This document shows, in pieces, positions 62,090-64,000 of a DNA stretch of 64,000 nt. Position 1 is the first letter of the stretch. Every line of letters begins with the position of its first letter. The DNA is taken from assembly GCA_950097015.1 (NCBI GenBank), contig CATNEN010000038.1, positions 10,292,001 through 10,356,000 of the forward strand, written 5' to 3'. The notes beneath the pieces were generated by a model. The model worked only from the letters and a program-made list of their open reading frames with translations, was not told the origin of the DNA and searched no databases. A program made the translations under genes and the position numbers. This DNA is from Macrostomum hystrix (taxonomy: Eukaryota > Animalia > Platyhelminthes).

Positions 62090-64000
62090 TCACAATTCAG
62101 ATACGCTGGACTGCAACAAGTTGAGTAGAAATGGCAATCACTTTCTTAGCTAAGTGGAAATATGAATTCTGATTTGCCAAATTTGAATATATAAGTTTAT
62201 CGTTTGATTTTTGACTCAGTAAACCACATGGAGACACAAAAAGCGTACTAAGCTTCTGTGTTCTCAATTGAATAGATATTTAGCTACTCATTGAGTTTGT
62301 GTTCAAATGACAAGACAATAGCTTATATTGATCAGCCAAAAAACAGATATGCTTGAGTTAATTCAGAGCTTTCTGAAAACTAGACAACACACAAACTCAA
62401 CGCGCTAATAAAGTGTTTCGACGAAAGCTAAATAATGAAAACCATAATGCTTCACTGCCGACAGTTGTGAGGAAACCGCCTCTAGTGTACAAAAACAACC
62501 AAGGAATTCTATATAGGAAAGCATGAGGGCAAGCTATTGGGACACGAAACAAAGAACAGGCGCCGATTGTTATGTAGCTCGACTGACTAACTGATTCCGT
62601 TCAAAGCCAGTCAAAACAAAAAAATCTGCATATTCAGAGATATACCTACATTCAATAATAACTGTTGAAAAATTAAGCAATTAATTAAATCAAACCTCTT
62701 AGATGTTGTCAACAGAGACCAAAGTGCAGTATTGTTTTTTTTTCAGTACAATCACACAACTTGGTCAACCACTAAGTGAAAAAGCGCACGCGCTGCGTCA
62801 GATAAACCGCTTTTTTTAGCTTTCTATCTAGATCTAGAAGAATTAAACACGGTGCTTTTCTGCGCTGTAGGGACTGCATAGAACCCGAAGCGGGTTGGTT
62901 AGAACAAGAGAACAGGGCTAGGCAGAGAGAATCAACCGGACAGGGGAGGAACTATCCAGCTGTAACTGGGTGACCTAAACCAGACGCGAAATTGTGTGCT
63001 GTGTGTGTGTGTGTGCCCTCTACACCATCTAGGGTGGTAGAAATGGGGTGGCGAGACTAACCAACCAACCGCATTCCAGCCCTCGGCTAGGGGTAAGCTT
63101 TAGAAAGCAGGGCAAGAGAAGCTTCAAAAACACAGTTGGTTACACACAGTGCGAGGGCAGGAAAAAAGAAGACGGAGAGCAATAATGAACCAACCAAACA
63201 GTGTCCACCCCACAATGGAGGGTACGACGGGACACAGACAGCAGAGGGCATTCAATTGTCATTGGTCTGTCAGGCAAGCTACATGGCAAGGTCTCAAAAT
63301 ATACAAATGCATACTGTATCCCCTTTTTAGCACTACTCTCTATCTCTATCTATCTGTTGGATTTTAGCACATTATCCCATCCAATCCAATACAATAACGC
63401 AGCGAGACACGGGGGCAGAGAGAGAGAGAGAGATAAGTCGCTACGAGAAGGGACGAGAAGTAGAAAAGAAAAATCTTGTGCGCCAAAAGAAGACACTGTA
63501 CTTCGTACAGTGCATTTCTAAAATTGGATTCATTCACCTTGAAAAGCACCGATATTTCTGTCTCAAGAGAATTTGGCTGTCTTTAAAGCACTAACAAAAA
63601 ACCACAGTTAAGAGAATGAAATGCAATTCTGTCATGCGCAGCAGAGATTTTGTGTGTAGCGTAGACTAAAATGTAGATGTTTTCCAGCTTTCTTAAACAA
63701 AGATGTTGAATAACTCGGTTAAATTAAACAGAAATTATCAGTGCATCTAATTAGTTCATTTCTGCCGATTGAAACTGTGGGCAGCTTGGTCCAGACAAGG
63801 ATTTACTTCCTCAGGTTCTACAATAGTTCAGCGCATACATTTCGTGGACAGTACAATCCTATAAGCAAACAGAGAGAAAAAATCTAATGGTTGAAACTCC
63901 ATGGAAACTAGTTACACAGGGGAACACAGTGCCCGATACCATTAAACGAACCCGAATGGTTAATGTGGATTATTTAATCGTCAAAGATCAGAATGCTACA

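Noticed and set aside
63136-63549. Overlapping short ORFs upstream of the NR gene
   Set aside because: No motifs; include simple repeats; more likely 5' UTR, intron or promoter sequence

Overview
Repeat-rich, intron-containing animal genomic DNA. The dense, intron-specific minisatellites are reminiscent of a free-living flatworm such as Macrostomum, but this is an inference only. Host genes, all on the minus strand and assembled by hand from GT-AG exons with consistent phases, are: a 3-exon low-complexity protein (4184-5572), a complete 5-exon type II pantothenate-kinase-fold protein lacking the catalytic motifs (7801-10411, 385 aa), and a complete 6-exon NR1-type nuclear receptor (47036-62089, 860 aa) whose second zinc finger lacks one canonical Cys. 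Between them, a 16-bp minisatellite is split by a 32.8-kb block with canonical Helitron ends (5'-TC at 43713, hairpin+CTAG-3' at 10931, A^T target). That block contains a truncated PIF1 helicase, a hAT-type MITE, a mariner fragment, a decayed CxC+KDZ transposase gene, an intact CMC/EnSpm transposon inserted in an 82-bp satellite, scrambled SAM-methyltransferase exons, a tRNA-derived SINE and a MULE MITE. The most unusual signal is two different units sharing a 99%-identical 100-bp terminus plus a 59-bp subterminal array. One carries the KDZ transposase. The other (37216-42106) is flanked by an 8-bp direct repeat, has GTGACG at both ends in direct orientation, and carries only an intact HMG-box-like gene. 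Together they look like a bipartite KDZ-type transposon system. All protein family calls come from motif recognition by eye; no searches were run.
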